Origin: Vicugna vicugna | Taxonomy: Eukaryota | Assembly: GCA_013265495.1 (NCBI GenBank) | Contig: MU057984.1 | Coordinates: 310,001-374,000 of the forward strand | Length of the DNA stretch: 64,000 bases | Direction of reading: 5' to 3' | Shown here: positions 12,792 to 25,545 of the stretch, piece by piece | Layout: every line of letters starts with the position of its first letter | Numbering within the stretch: the first letter of the stretch is position 1 | Translations under genes and position numbers: made by a program | The notes under the pieces: model-generated | Databases searched by the model: none | What the model was told of the DNA's origin: nothing | Seen by the model: the letters and a program-made list of their open reading frames with translations, nothing else

Positions 12792-13322
12792 CATAGTCAA
12801 TCCTCATCATCCACCAACTCAGTATTTGCAAATTCACCTCCTTACGAAAATTGATTTGTAACCCCAAAATCAATACCCATGGCGCTTTCACAATTATTTG
12901 TGGGCATGTGCAGAGGGGTGGAAAGTTCCAGTGGCTGGTCACATAAGTTCCCAGCTGAGGTTAAACAAGGTGACACTGGGCCTTTCTGTTTCAGTTTTCC
13001 TGCAGAGATGAGCAGAAGATGGAGACAGTAGGGGGCAGTTCAGAAGTATAAGATACTCTAGCTCTGGGGCCAGGACAGGGTTTAAAACCCTTGTCTGGCA
13101 TCTGTGAGTGGGACTGCCTCAGCCAAGTGATTTAACACTTCTGAACTTCATTTTCTCCGTGTAAAGAAAGTAGAATCTACCAGGATGCGTTGCTTTTAGG
13201 ATTTACTATTATAATCTATGTAATCATACATATTTCTTCTCAGGTAATGGTTCAGTATTCACTAATCAAATGTTTGTGGCAATTTTAGAGAACATATCTA
13301 CCATGAATAATGAGAATCACTG
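12792..13322. mobile_element. TcMar-Tigger family MITE (MER82-like) with an internal MIR-like segment
   Basis: Imperfect terminal inverted repeats (agtcaatcctcat / atgagaatcactg), TA-flanked; body tttgtaaccccaaaatcaata...cccagctgaggttaaacaagg. Confidence 0.7.
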
Positions 13323-13533
13323 TATTTAATCAAGTGCATATGTATTCAATTTTCATGAAAATAAGCCTAGTAACACATAGAGAATAAAGTTGTGAATAAT
13401 ATAAATTATACATATAAATTAAATATTTCAATAGATGAAAATCACTGTTAATTATATAACAAGTTTATGTGAATGCTAATTTCTCAGAATTTTTCCTCAG
13501 ATAATTATGAGTATAAAATATATAGTCATTTAC

Positions 13534-13620
13534 CCATCGTTCATGTGGTCAACAAATTGTCCAGTTTCAGTTAATTGGGATGGCAAAGAGTTAAGTGTTG
13601 AGGATTCCACCAAAATGACT
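13534..13620 (-). CDS. CFAP47: CFAP47 coding exon (87 nt, phase 2 to 2)
   Basis: ttttag acceptor; (R)VILVESSTLNSLPSQLTETGQFVDHMND(G); donor GG|GTAAAT, and reading through it hits TAA immediately. Confidence 0.85.
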
Positions 13621-14111
13621 CTAAAATAAATGGGAAAAAAAGATTATTTTGAATTTTACTGTAACAAAATTCAGATGACCACAAAACATTCTTCTTTTAA
13701 ATTATTTTCAATCATTTATAAACTATAATTAGAATCAGAATAAATTATAGTTCAAAAACTCTGTGTTTTCTCATTTGGCAATTTAAAATATATGTTACAA
13801 AGAAAAGATCTTTGATGGAAATAGGTAAAAAATGATATTTTTATATAGAAAAGCAACAATGAATTCTCATGACAAGGAACTTTAGAGCATAAATGACCAC
13901 CCAAATTATATTCCAGAAAAAAATAGGAAATTACACATTGATCTTAATACATTATCAGAGCTATACACATTTAATAATTTCTATTTCCAGAAAAGAGAAA
14001 TGTTTCTTTTAGTAGTAGACATGAGATGCGGGCATCCAGTTAAATTAACTCATTAATAATTATGCCATTATTTGGAATCATACAGAAATTCAGTCTTTCC
14101 TACATAATAAT

Positions 14112-14240
14112 GCTCATTCATTCAAGAAACATTTATAGAGACTCCATTATGTGTTAGGTGTGGGACTAGGTACCGGAAATACAAACATGAGTATATTATC
14201 CTCTCTGTTTTAGGTTACCCACAATATAGTGGAGGACAGT
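14112..14240 (-). mobile_element. L2 fragment
   Basis: cattcattcaagaaacatttatagagactccattatgtgttagg is a reversed L2 tail. Confidence 0.6.
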
Positions 14241-15181
14241 GTGGAAATGATGCTATAGCAGTAGGTGAAAGAGGCCATGAAGAGTTATGTCAGGAATATC
14301 TAATTCCTCCTGCAGAAGTGTACAAAATCTATATAATATTGTTAAGCACAGATTTATCCAAACTTGGTTTGTCAAAAGAAATCTATTTTACTCTTCAACG
14401 ATAATATGAAGATCTCACAATACTGGCTTTACAATGAAAAACAGATCAGTAATAAAATTAATGAAATGTTTTAGTCTTAGAGCACACATATTCACAAATA
14501 TACACACACAAAGTAAAATGCAACACGTTTGTATATCCCCATGTCTGAATGCTAACATCAGTTTTTGTCCTTTTCTTTTAACTTGATATTTCTGATGCTT
14601 TCTTATAAGGGTTGTAAGGAATTTTATAACTATTAAATACTAAAAAGTTTTAAACAGACAAAATTAACTGTAATAAAATGTAAACTATGAACAACGTAAG
14701 CTGTGTATCAAACTAAGAGATTTGCTTATATCATTGTAAAGTTACAGTTAAACAAATGTAGAAAGAATTCCTCTATAGAGAGTAATTTAAATTTTAAGTC
14801 ATGCACTAAATTCTCATTTAAATTTCATATAATTATGAGGCAGAAAACATTTATAATGTTTCTTTATATTTCTATAAATCCATGGTGAATCACTGGGCAA
14901 TTTATTTGGGAGATAATTTGTTCTGGCTCAAAACCAATCACAAGGATAATACAATTTGACACACAAATAAAAAGACTAAACCAATAAAATATATATTAGA
15001 TTTTTCATATACTATACATGTACCATTTTGAAATGAAATAGCATTCCACACACTTCTGTTTGAAAAGTCCCTGCTTAATTACAATAAACATGCTTTTAAA
15101 AAAATATATTAACTGTAACAATGAAATATAAACTGCCATTAAAATGGGAAAAGATCCTGTTTAATTACTGTAGTTTCTAAA

Positions 15182-15527
15182 TCAGTGGTTCTCACACTTC
15201 AGTGTGTATTATTATTATCTGGAGCGTTTGTTCAAAATGCAGATTCCTAAGTTTCTATTTGCATGAATTCTGACTGAGTAAAGTCTGGCATGGGTTCCAT
15301 TTAAAATAAGCTCTCCAAATGTTTTTGAGAAAGCCTGTCTATGGATTAAACATTGAGCAATCTTGACTTAGACCAGCACTGCTCTAATACTATAGAACAA
15401 ATACTCTGGAGATGTTGTTAAATGCAGGTTCTTATGCAACTGGATTGGAGGGTTCTGGTTTTCCAATAAGCCCCCAGGCAATGTTGATTTTGCCTACTCA
15501 AGGATCACACTTTGAGAAGCAAGAGTC
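15182..15527. mobile_element. Two adjacent MER5-type hAT-Charlie MITEs
   Basis: cagtggttctcacacttcag...aaaatgcagattcct; second copy gttaaatgcaggttc...cacactttgagaagca. Confidence 0.65.
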
Positions 15528-15599
15528 TAATCTACAACAAAACCCATATTTTAAATAATAAAACCAAGCCACCAGGAACTGAAAGGCAGGAAATGGCTT

Positions 15600-17715
15600 A
15601 GAACCACCATATAATCACTCCTGTATAAAAGCAACAAAAACACTGGAAGAATTTGTCCAAATTAACTTTTTCAGAACCCTAGTTAACTAAAGAAAGGTTT
15701 GGAACAATCTGAATAGTGTTTATTCAAGAAGAGCTGCCAAACCTCGGTAAGAACAGTAGAGTCTGTGGCCTTGTAACTTTTCTGTTGTAACTCCCCTCCT
15801 CTTCTTCATAACTCTGCAGTAGCCTTGAAAACTAGCAGCCTTGCAACCAAGGTACTTGTTAAAAAAAAATTCTCAGCTTGCAGCCACAGGAGGGAACAGA
15901 CTGAGACTGGAGCTCTTCAAAAGAGTCCCATCCATGATCACTGATACTATTTAACCCATCTCAAGGCTTTCTAGAAGAGCTTAATTTGCAAGCTGTTGTC
16001 CTTAATCAAAATGACTCAAAGGAAAACACCTATCCCCAAGATGTCTGTTGAAAACAATCAGTAGCAATTGTGCCTAAGGCTGTTACAGCAACTGGATCAA
16101 ACAAGAGCCTACCAAAAGATAAAAGGAAGATGGGGGGACAAGGTGCCCAAAGGCAGAGTTGCAATAGCTTAGGAGATTCCCAAAATATATCAAAGATCTT
16201 CAACCCTACTTGTCAACCCCAACTTTCTCACTTACCGGAGACAATTATGTATCACCAAATAAAGAACATCAATAAAGAGAAATTAAACAAAAGAACTAGT
16301 TATAAATTCTGGACTTAAAAAGTACAATACATGAAATAAAAAAGCACTAGAGGGACTCAACTGCAGGTCTGAGGTGGCAAAAGGATGAGTGCACTTGAAG
16401 ATATGTCAAGCGAAATGATTAATTGTAAAGAAGGAAAGATAAAACAATAAAGAAAAAATTAACAGAGCCTCAGAGAACAGTAAAACACTATCAAACAGAC
16501 AAACATAAGCTTAATCAGAATCCTGAAAAGACAGGAGAGAAAGAAAGAGGCAGACAGAAAATGTGAAGAAATAAATGATGAAAACCTGCCTAATTTGATG
16601 AAAAATATTAATTTATACATCTAAGAAGCACAAAAAATTCTACATAGGATAAACTGAAGGTGATTCCATAACTAGACAACAAGAGTCAAGATGTTGAAAG
16701 GCCAAGACACAGTAAGAAGCAGGACAAAGTTGACTCAACACTGTTGTTGCTTCTCAATAAGATTAACAATTGAATTCCCACCTATACTCTAAAGAACAGA
16801 ATGCAATGGGATGATGTATACAGTGTGCTGAAAGAAGACAGCCAATAAAGAATACTATATACAGCAAAACTGTCCTTCGAAAATTAAGGAGAAATTAAGG
16901 TATTGTCAAATAAATAAAAACTGAAAGAATTCACTGCTAACAGACCTGCCCTACAAGAAATAGTAGTGGAATTTCCTCAGATTAAAACAAAACAACACTA
17001 GAGGTGAACTCTAAGCCACGTGATGAAATAAAAACCACAAAGTTAACTACACAGGTAAATACATAAAACAAATAAGCTATAAATGTATTTTATTTGCAAC
17101 ACTTTTGTTCTCCTTTCTGATTTAAAATAAAACAGTGTGAGATAATAAATATAAAACAGTTTTATTAGCTTATACTGTATAAAGATGTAATGGGTATAAC
17201 CATAATAGCACTAACAAGGAGCTAGGAAAAGGAGATAGACTGAAGCAAAGTTTCTGAACTATATTGAAATTAAATTGGTATCAATTTGAGCTGGATTTTT
17301 AGAAATTAGAATGCTAATTATAATCTTCAGGATAACTACTAAGGAAAAAAATGTGAAAACATACAGTAAAATAAACAAAAATTTTAAAAGGCACACTAAA
17401 AATAAATACTTAAAACAAAATCAAGCAGTAATGAAGAAATAGTCAAACAAAGACATAAGACTCATAGAAAACAAGTATCAAATGGCAGACATAAACCCTT
17501 TTGTATCAAAAATGGTATTAATTATAAAGGGATTAATATTCTAATCAAAAGGCAGAGACCCACGAAGTGGATAAAAATAGATTAGTAAAAAGACAAACAT
17601 TGGTGCAAAGACATAAACTGGGAACAAAAGAATAAAAAAAAACCATGCAAACAATAACAAAATGAGAATTGGAGTGGCTATACAAATAACAAAGTAGAAC
17701 TTGAAATAAACACTG
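15600..17715 (+). mobile_element. Old L1 (L1M): 5'UTR, degenerate ORF1 and start of ORF2 endonuclease
   Basis: ORF1-like segments (cagagcctcagagaac, cagacctgccctacaagaaat) and ORF2 start-like ctaatcaaaaggcagaga; many stops. Confidence 0.75.
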
Positions 17716-17719
17716 TTTC

Positions 17720-19525
17720 AGCATGACAGCATGAGAATTCCATGGACTACTTCTGAGAAAAATGAGTAAAAGAATGAAAATAAATGATTTAAACTCTCTG
17801 GAAATGAACCTAAGGGCATACAGTAGATGGGGGAAAAAAAACTATTCAATAATATTTACTAAATTCAGTAAGAAAAGGTGTAGTCTGTGGCGTATGAACC
17901 AAGACCACTCTCTTCCTCCTCCTCCTTCACTCAGTTAAGACAGAAACTCTACTTTAGACCAGTACAGCTAAGAATACAGGGCTCATTCCTCTCCTAGCTC
18001 CCAGCTGGAGAATTATCTTTTTCAGAGATGTATGACAGCAACATTTTCTTTCCTGTCCTCAGTATGTGTTACTGAAGCTAAGTTTTGGGCAAAAGAAGCT
18101 GAGAGGGGCTGAGGGGCTCCCTTCTTCGGCTGAGGACCCAATCATGGATCACAGGCTCTACATGGGTGTGAAATTGCCTTTGCCCTGGTTTATAAAGTTG
18201 TGGTTGCATGCTGTAAGAAGCAATCCAGGAAGACATGAAGCTATCATTCCCCATTCCATGTAGCATTCAGCGCCTAATGTGGGGTGTTACTCCAAGAAAA
18301 GTGTACCACTGTCCCTACTTCCACCAAGAGACATGGCTCGGAGATTCTGCCTAGAGGGAGAAGCTGGCCTTAAAACATACAGCTCTTTATCTCTTCACAA
18401 AGGAACTGATTCCATTTTCAGTAACATGTGAAGATTAAGCCAAAGGGTCCTCTGAAAAATAGAGCAGTGTGGTGAAAGGCAATTGGGAGGAGACTGGTAA
18501 ACTGAAGATACAGGCTAAACTGTAGCATTGCTAGTTTGCTGGAGAAAACTGGGGAAAGAGACAGCTGGGAGGAGCCCTCCTGGGGTCAGAATAAATCTCA
18601 AACACTGACTGAAGGAACTGTTATTTCAAAGGAGCTGGATTTGATTGAATTGATTTGAGAAGCAATTTATGCCTTCCATAGAATTGGAATTAGGGGAATT
18701 TAATAGCTGGGTGTGGACAGAGAAAGAGACAGTCAAAGAAATCGCTAACAAAATCACTGTTATCCCTGAATGAATGTGGGCATACCTAAGGTTGTATTCC
18801 ACAGAAGCACCAACAGAAGCTTCACACTGTGTGTGTGTGTTTGTGTGTGTTTTATGTGGCGAGGAGGGAGTAGACATCACTAAAATAAGCCAGCTAGTCA
18901 GTAAAAAAATTACACAATCAAACAATATTAACAATCCTATGGGAGACAGGACCAGAACTCAATATTTTTTCAAAAATGTCCAGTTTCCAACATAAAAATT
19001 GTGAACAAGCAAAGAAACAATAAAAGAGGCATGCAAGAAAAACTGACTGTTAGAGTGACCAGCTACCATATTCAACAGAACACTAAATCAAAAACCACTA
19101 AAAATGGCTTCAAAAACTAAGGAAACTATGAATAAAGAGGTAAAGGAAGACATGGTGACAGTGGAACATCAAACAGAGAATATCAAAAAAAAAAAAAAAA
19201 AAAAAACAAAAAAAAAAAAAAAAAGAGACTGAAATGAGTAGAAGAACCAAATGGAAATTGTGGATTTGGAAACTACAATAACAGATAGTAAAAAATCACT
19301 ACAGGGGCTCAACAAGAGATTTGAATTAGCAGGGAAAAAAAGTAATAAACTTCAAAATTGATAGGGACTGTGAAGTCTGAAGAGCAGAGAGAAAAACTGA
19401 ATAATGAAATATAAACCATCACATAAATTTATGGTACACAATTGAATGTACCAACATATGTGTCATGGAATTAACAGAAAGAGAAGCAAAAGAGAAAGGA
19501 AAAGAAAAATCATTTGAAAAATGAA
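17720..19525 (+). mobile_element. Second old L1 5' region (5'UTR and ORF1 start)
   Basis: gaagaaccaaatggaaattgtggatttggaaactacaataac...ggggctcaacaagagatttgaa is ORF1 coiled-coil-type sequence. Confidence 0.65.
19185..19224 (+). repeat. Poly(A) tract
   Basis: A22-C-A17. Confidence 0.95.
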
Positions 19526-19529
19526 ATGG

Positions 19530-20965
19530 GTGAACACAACTGTAACTATCACACTTTCCGATTTCAAACATTAGAAAGCTGTAATAATTAAAATAGTATG
19601 GTATTGGCATAAAAACAGACACATACATCAATGGAACAGAATAGAGAGCCTAGAAATAAATCCACACATATTTGGGCAATTAATTTACAACAAAGGAGCC
19701 AAGAATATACAATGGAGTAAGGACAATCTCTTCAGTAAGTGGTGCTGGGAAAACTGGACAGCCACAAAAATACATGTGTATTTTACACCATCCACAAAAA
19801 GTAATTTAAAATGAACTACAGACTTGAACATAAGACCTGAAACCATTAAACTCCTAGAATAAAACACAGGCTTAGGTAAACTCCTTGCCATAGGTCTTAG
19901 TGATGATATTTTGCATTTGACACCAAAAGCAAAAGCAACAGCAACAAAAGCAAAACTAAGTAAGTGGGACTACATCGAACTAAAAAGCTTTTGCACAGCA
20001 AAGGAAATCATCAAGAAAATATAAAGGCAACTTACTGAATGGTAGAAAATATTTGCAAATCAAATATCTGATAAGGGGCTAATATCCAAAGTATGAAAGA
20101 AAAAAAAAAACTCATACAACTCAACAGCAGAACAAACAAACAAATAATCTGATTTAAAAAAAAAAGACAGAAGATCTGAATACACATTTTCCAGAGAAGA
20201 CATACACATGGCTAACAGGCACATGAAAAGATGCTTAACATCATGAATCATGAGACAAATGCAAATCAAAACCACAATGAGATATATCTTATACTTGTTA
20301 AAATGGCTATCATCGAAAAGAGAAGAAACAATAAGCGTTAGTGAGGATAAGGAGAATAGGGAACATTTGTGCACTGCTGGTGGGAATGTAAATTGGTGCA
20401 GCCACTATGGAAAAATAGTTTGGAGGGTTCTATAACAACTAAACATAGAACTACCATATGATTCAGCAATTCCACTTCTGGGTATTTATCTGAAAAATAC
20501 AAAAACACTAACTCTTAAAAGATACATGCACCCTCCCTCCCAAAAATAAATAAAAGATACATTCATCTCTATGTTAACTGCAGCATTATTTATAATTGTC
20601 AAGATATGGAAACAACCTAAATGGAGTCCACTGACAGATGAATGGATAAAGAAATTGTGATATACATATACATATATATATATATATATACACACACACA
20701 TATACACACACACACACATATATATATAATGAAATATTGCTCAATAATAAAAACAACAATGAAATCTTACCATTTGCAACAGCATGGATGTATCTCAAGG
20801 GCATTATGTAAGTGAAGTAAGTCACAGAGAAAGACAAATACCACAGGATCTCTCTCATATGTAGAATCTTTAAACAAGCTCATAGATATGGAGAACAGAT
20901 TAGTAAATGTCAGAGTCAGAGGATTAGGTAGGTGGAAGAAATGGGTGAAGGGGGTCAAATGGTAA
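19530..20965 (+). mobile_element. L1 3' portion (ORF2 C-terminus and 3'UTR)
   Basis: ggtattggcataaaaacagacacatacatcaatggaacagaatagagagcc ([17 protein letters not shown]) etc.; TA/CA microsatellite at about 20660-20728. Confidence 0.9.
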
Positions 20966-20989
20966 AAAGAAGAAAAATAAAGGGAAAAA

Positions 20990-22885
20990 TAAAGATGTAG
21001 AAGGAATGTACCTCAACATTTAAAAGCCACATATGACAAACCCACAGCCAACTTCATACTCAATAGTGAAAAAACTGAAAGCTTTTCCTTTACGATCTTA
21101 AAGGAACACAAAGATGTCCACCCTCATTACTTCTATACAACATAGTACTGGAAGTCCTGGCCAGAGCGTTTGTGCAAGAAAAATAAAAGGCAGCAAAATC
21201 AGAAAGGAAGAAGAAAAATCATCTCTGTTTGCAGGTGATACAACCTTATTTATAGAAAACCCTAAAGACTTCATCAATAAGTAAAAAGAAAAAAGAAAAT
21301 TGTTAGAATAAACAAATTCAGTAAAGTTGCAGGATACAAAATCAGCACTAAAAGTGTTGTGTTTCTATAGACTAATTCCAAACTATCTGAAAAGGAAAAT
21401 TAAAAAAAAAATCTCATTTTCAACAGCATCAAAAAGAATAAAGTACTGAGGAAAAAATTTAACTAAGGAAGTGAAAGATTCGTACACTGAAAACTACAGA
21501 ACATAGAATGAAAGAAATATTAAAAGTCACAAAGAAGGAAAACATTCTATGTTCAGGAATTGGAAGACTCATATTGTTTAAATGTCCATACTAAACAAAG
21601 CCATCTCCATATTCAGTGCTACCCCCATCAAAATCCCAATGCATTCTTCACAAATATAGGAAAAAAAATTCTAAAATTCATATGGAACCATGAAAGACCC
21701 AGAATACCCAAAGTGATCTTGAGAAAGAAGAACAAAGATGGTGACATCATATTTCTTGATTTCAAAATATATTACAAAGCCACAGTAATTAAAACAGTAA
21801 TGGTACTGTCATAGAGACAGACATATGACAAAAACAAAAACAAAAATAAAAACAAAACAATGATAGCCCAGAAATAAACCCCAAGTACACTGTCAATTGA
21901 TCTTTGACAAGCATGCCAATGATACACAATGGGAAAGAAGTCTCCTTACTGAAAGATGTTGGAAAAACTGGATATCTGCATTCAAAAAATGAAATCATTA
22001 AATATAAGACCAGAGCTGTAAATCTGGAAGAAAAACATAAGGGGAAAGCTTCTTGACAACGGTCTTGGCAATAACTTCTTGGATAGGACACCAAAAGCAC
22101 AGGCAACAAAAGCTGAAATATTATAAGAAACTCCAACAATTCAATAATATAATGATGATAATAATAATATGATAAATAATCCAATTAGAAATGGGCAAAG
22201 GACTTGAACAGACCTTTCTCCAAAGAAGATACACAGATGGCCAATAGGTATATGAAAAGGTGCTCAACATAACTAATTATCAGAGAAATACAAATCAAAA
22301 CCACAGTAAGCTATATCACCTCACACCTCTTAGGATGGCTATTATGAAAATATTATTCAGTCTTAAAAAAAAAAGGAAATCCTGCAACATGTGACAACAT
22401 GGATGAATCTTGGGCACATTATACTAAGTGAAATAAGCCACATTCAAAAGGACAAACAGTGTATGATTCTATTTATATGAGGTATCTAAAATAGTCAAAC
22501 TCATGAAGCAGAGAACAGAATGACGGTTGCTAGGGGATGAAGAGAGGATGAAATTGGAGTTGTTGTGTAACATTTTATTTATGCAAGATGACTAAGTACT
22601 AGAGATGTGCTATGCAACATAGTGCATACAGTTAACAACATGGTATTGTGCACTGAAACATCTGTTAAAGAGGGCAATTCTCATGTTAAGCATTCTTACC
22701 ACAAACAAACAAACAAAAAGGAATACAAGGAAACATTTGGAAGTGATGGATATGTTTACTGCCTCGATTGTGATGACAGTATCACAGTACATGCATATGT
22801 CCAAAGTCATCAAATTGTATACTTTAAATGTGTAGTTTTTGGCATATCAATTATACCTCAAATAAAGATTTTTTTTAAAAAAGAT
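20990..22885 (+). mobile_element. L1 (L1MB-like) ORF2 RT region and 3'UTR with internal deletions
   Basis: atatgacaaacccacagccaac; tctctgtttgcaggtgata (degenerate LFADD); ttcagtaaagttgcaggatacaaaatc; ends tatacctcaaataaag. Confidence 0.88.
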
Positions 22886-22889
22886 AAAT

Positions 22890-23530
22890 AAAAACAATAG
22901 AAAATATTAAGGACACCAGAAGAAGGTTCTTTGAAAAGGTCAATAAAATTAACAAATCTTAGATTGATCAAGAATAAAGGAGAGAAGAATCAAATTCCTA
23001 AAATAAAGGATGGAAGAGGGGCCATCACTACTGCCTCTGAAGGAAAAAGTAAAATGGTTTATAGGGGAATACTATGAAAACTTCTTTGCCAACAACTTAG
23101 ATAACTTAGAGGAAATGCAAAATTCTCAGAATCGCATAAAGTATCAAACTGATTCAAGAAGAAGTTGAAAACCTGATTAGGCTATAACAAGTAAAGAGAT
23201 GGAATTAATAATAAAATAAATTTCCCACAAAACAAAGTTCAGACCTGAATGGCTTCAGTTGTGAATTCTATGAAACATTTGGAAGTATTAATACTATTTA
23301 TTCACAGACTCTCCCCAAAAATAGTATGGAAAGGACAATTTCTGAAATTTTTCTCTGAGTGTAGTATTAATGATACAAACAAAACAAAACAAACAAACAA
23401 AAACAAGACAGAGACATCACCAGAAAATTACATTAATAAATCTTTTGGTTATAAATGCAAAACCTTCAACAAAATACTAGCAAACCAAATCATACAACAT
23501 GTGAAAAAAGTATTATACAGCATGAAAGAA
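22890..23530 (+). mobile_element. L1 ORF2 fragment (region between endonuclease and RT)
   Basis: ttctttgaaaaggtcaataaaatt (FFEKVNKI); ttcaacaaaatactagcaaaccaaat (NKILANQI). Confidence 0.8.
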
Positions 23531-23842
23531 TCACATGCTGCTATAAAGGAATTTGAGAATTACTGATCTGGTGGATAGAAGTGTGGGAGTCAATTCTGTC
23601 TCTGTTAAATCAAAATTCACAAATTTGACATGATTGACCTTAACTTTGTAGAGATCAAATAGGATTTCAAGGAAAACTGATTTACCTTCATTATTTGTTC
23701 TATTTTATCGGCTGAGGCTTATAAATTTATAGCAATGTAAATACATAAAATTTCTCCTCAAAATAGTTCAGGTTGAAGAAAATTACATACTTAAGACTGG
23801 ACATGCTAACTGCAATAAATTTACATCAAAACAATAACTTAC

Positions 23843-23931
23843 CTGAAGTCTCCAGCAGCGTGGAAGGGGTTTTCAACATTCACAGTGATTTCTTCCCATT
23901 TATAACATGGGGATCCACATTTTATAACAGC
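23843..23931 (-). CDS. CFAP47: CFAP47 coding exon (89 nt, phase 0 to 2)
   Basis: ttttttaccttag acceptor; AVIKCGSPCYKWEEITVNVENPFHAAGDF(R); donor AG|GTAAGT. Confidence 0.9.
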
Positions 23932-25347
23932 CTAAGGTAAAAAATAAATAAATAAAACATATTACATGCTAATAATAAAAAAGAATATCCTGAATTATGA
24001 AATATAAACTTAAAGTTCCTAAAAAACTGTCTATTTAAATATTACAGTAACATTAATTTATATTAACATTGCATTGCTAAAATCCGGGTGGGAAAGAATA
24101 AAAATAGATTTTACCTCATCACTGATCCATAATCCTGTGCTAACAACTGAATGATTTGTCACAATAGTGTCTCCCAAGTTAACTTCCTTAAAATTCATTT
24201 TGTTAATGACTGAACATGACTTTACATGTGCAAATTAATTAATCATCTATATACCTAATAAACATGACATAAGGAAGAGGCAGGTGTGTATGGGTGTGGC
24301 ACATACCTGAGTTTAAGTGTATGTGACTGTGGCATGCCTGTGTTTATAATGTGGTGGCTGCACTGACATATTTTTACTGTAAAAATATGAAACTACAACT
24401 CAAATTTCCCAAAAGATTTCCACAAAGGAAAAGATTCCAGGAATTCTGCTATTTTAGACTAATCATGTCCTTACCTATTTCTCCAATATTATCCAATATA
24501 CCTTCCTGGTGTCTAAGACCAAAAAGTAAACAGAGACCACATGAGCTTCAGGTGTCAGCTTTTCTGCTCAAGAGCCATGTTCATGACAGGCTAACACCAT
24601 GCATGTGGCTTAGACACATGCGGCAAAGCAATGGTTTGTTTCAGAGAATTTATGTGACAGGGTTGGGAAGTGTAAGGTTCATTGTTCAGGAGGAAATTAG
24701 AAGATCACAATACACATCTCAGTACAATCAAATGCCCGCTCTGTATCCTTATCTAATAAGCCATTCTGTCCATGTGAGTGTCTTAATGCTCTCCTCACAC
24801 AACTGGCCTTTACTAAAGTCACTCTTCATACTTCCCACTCAGGCCACCGCACACTTACAATTCTTTATAATCCATATGGAAATCTGGCAACATAAATTTA
24901 CTTCTTTATCATACACCCACAGTAGAAAATAATATTTAGACAAACTAATGGCAATCACAGCAATATCACAACCATTTTATAGAGATTTAAAAATCCTTCT
25001 CTCCCATCCTTTGAGATATTAACACTTAGAACTCTGCCTGGAACATCATCACCTCTCACTGAATGCCAGTCTTAGCATTATCTTTATAACAGACTTGCTC
25101 CATAGGACACTCAAGGTAAACTGATGAATATTCCTGTCAGAAAAGAGAAATGTTTTTCTTGGCTGTGTAAACCACCAAATCTTAATTTAACTGAAAACAG
25201 ACATAGCTCAGGGACTGCTTTAACTTAAATCACAAGTCTCCATGGCAGAAAGGCATGTAAATTGTTATGAGTATAGTGAATGACTCCTTGATAAAAGGCA
25301 CAAATGTAATCCTGAAAAGCCGACCTTAATAGTCAATACAAATCCTT

Positions 25348-25512
25348 TCAAAATGCAGATGACTACACCCACTTCTGGGTATTTTTCCGAAGAATATGAA
25401 GGCACTAATTCGAAGAGATGCATGCACCCCAATGTTCACAGCAGCATTATTCACAGCAGCCAGGATATGGAGCTGGCCTGGGTGTCTATCGATGGAGGAA
25501 TGGATAAAGAAG

Positions 25513-25545
<33 letters not shown>

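Noticed and set aside
24351..24932. Longest ORF in the window (193 aa, plus strand)
   Set aside because: GTG start, antisense intronic position, no recognisable domain; compatible with chance.
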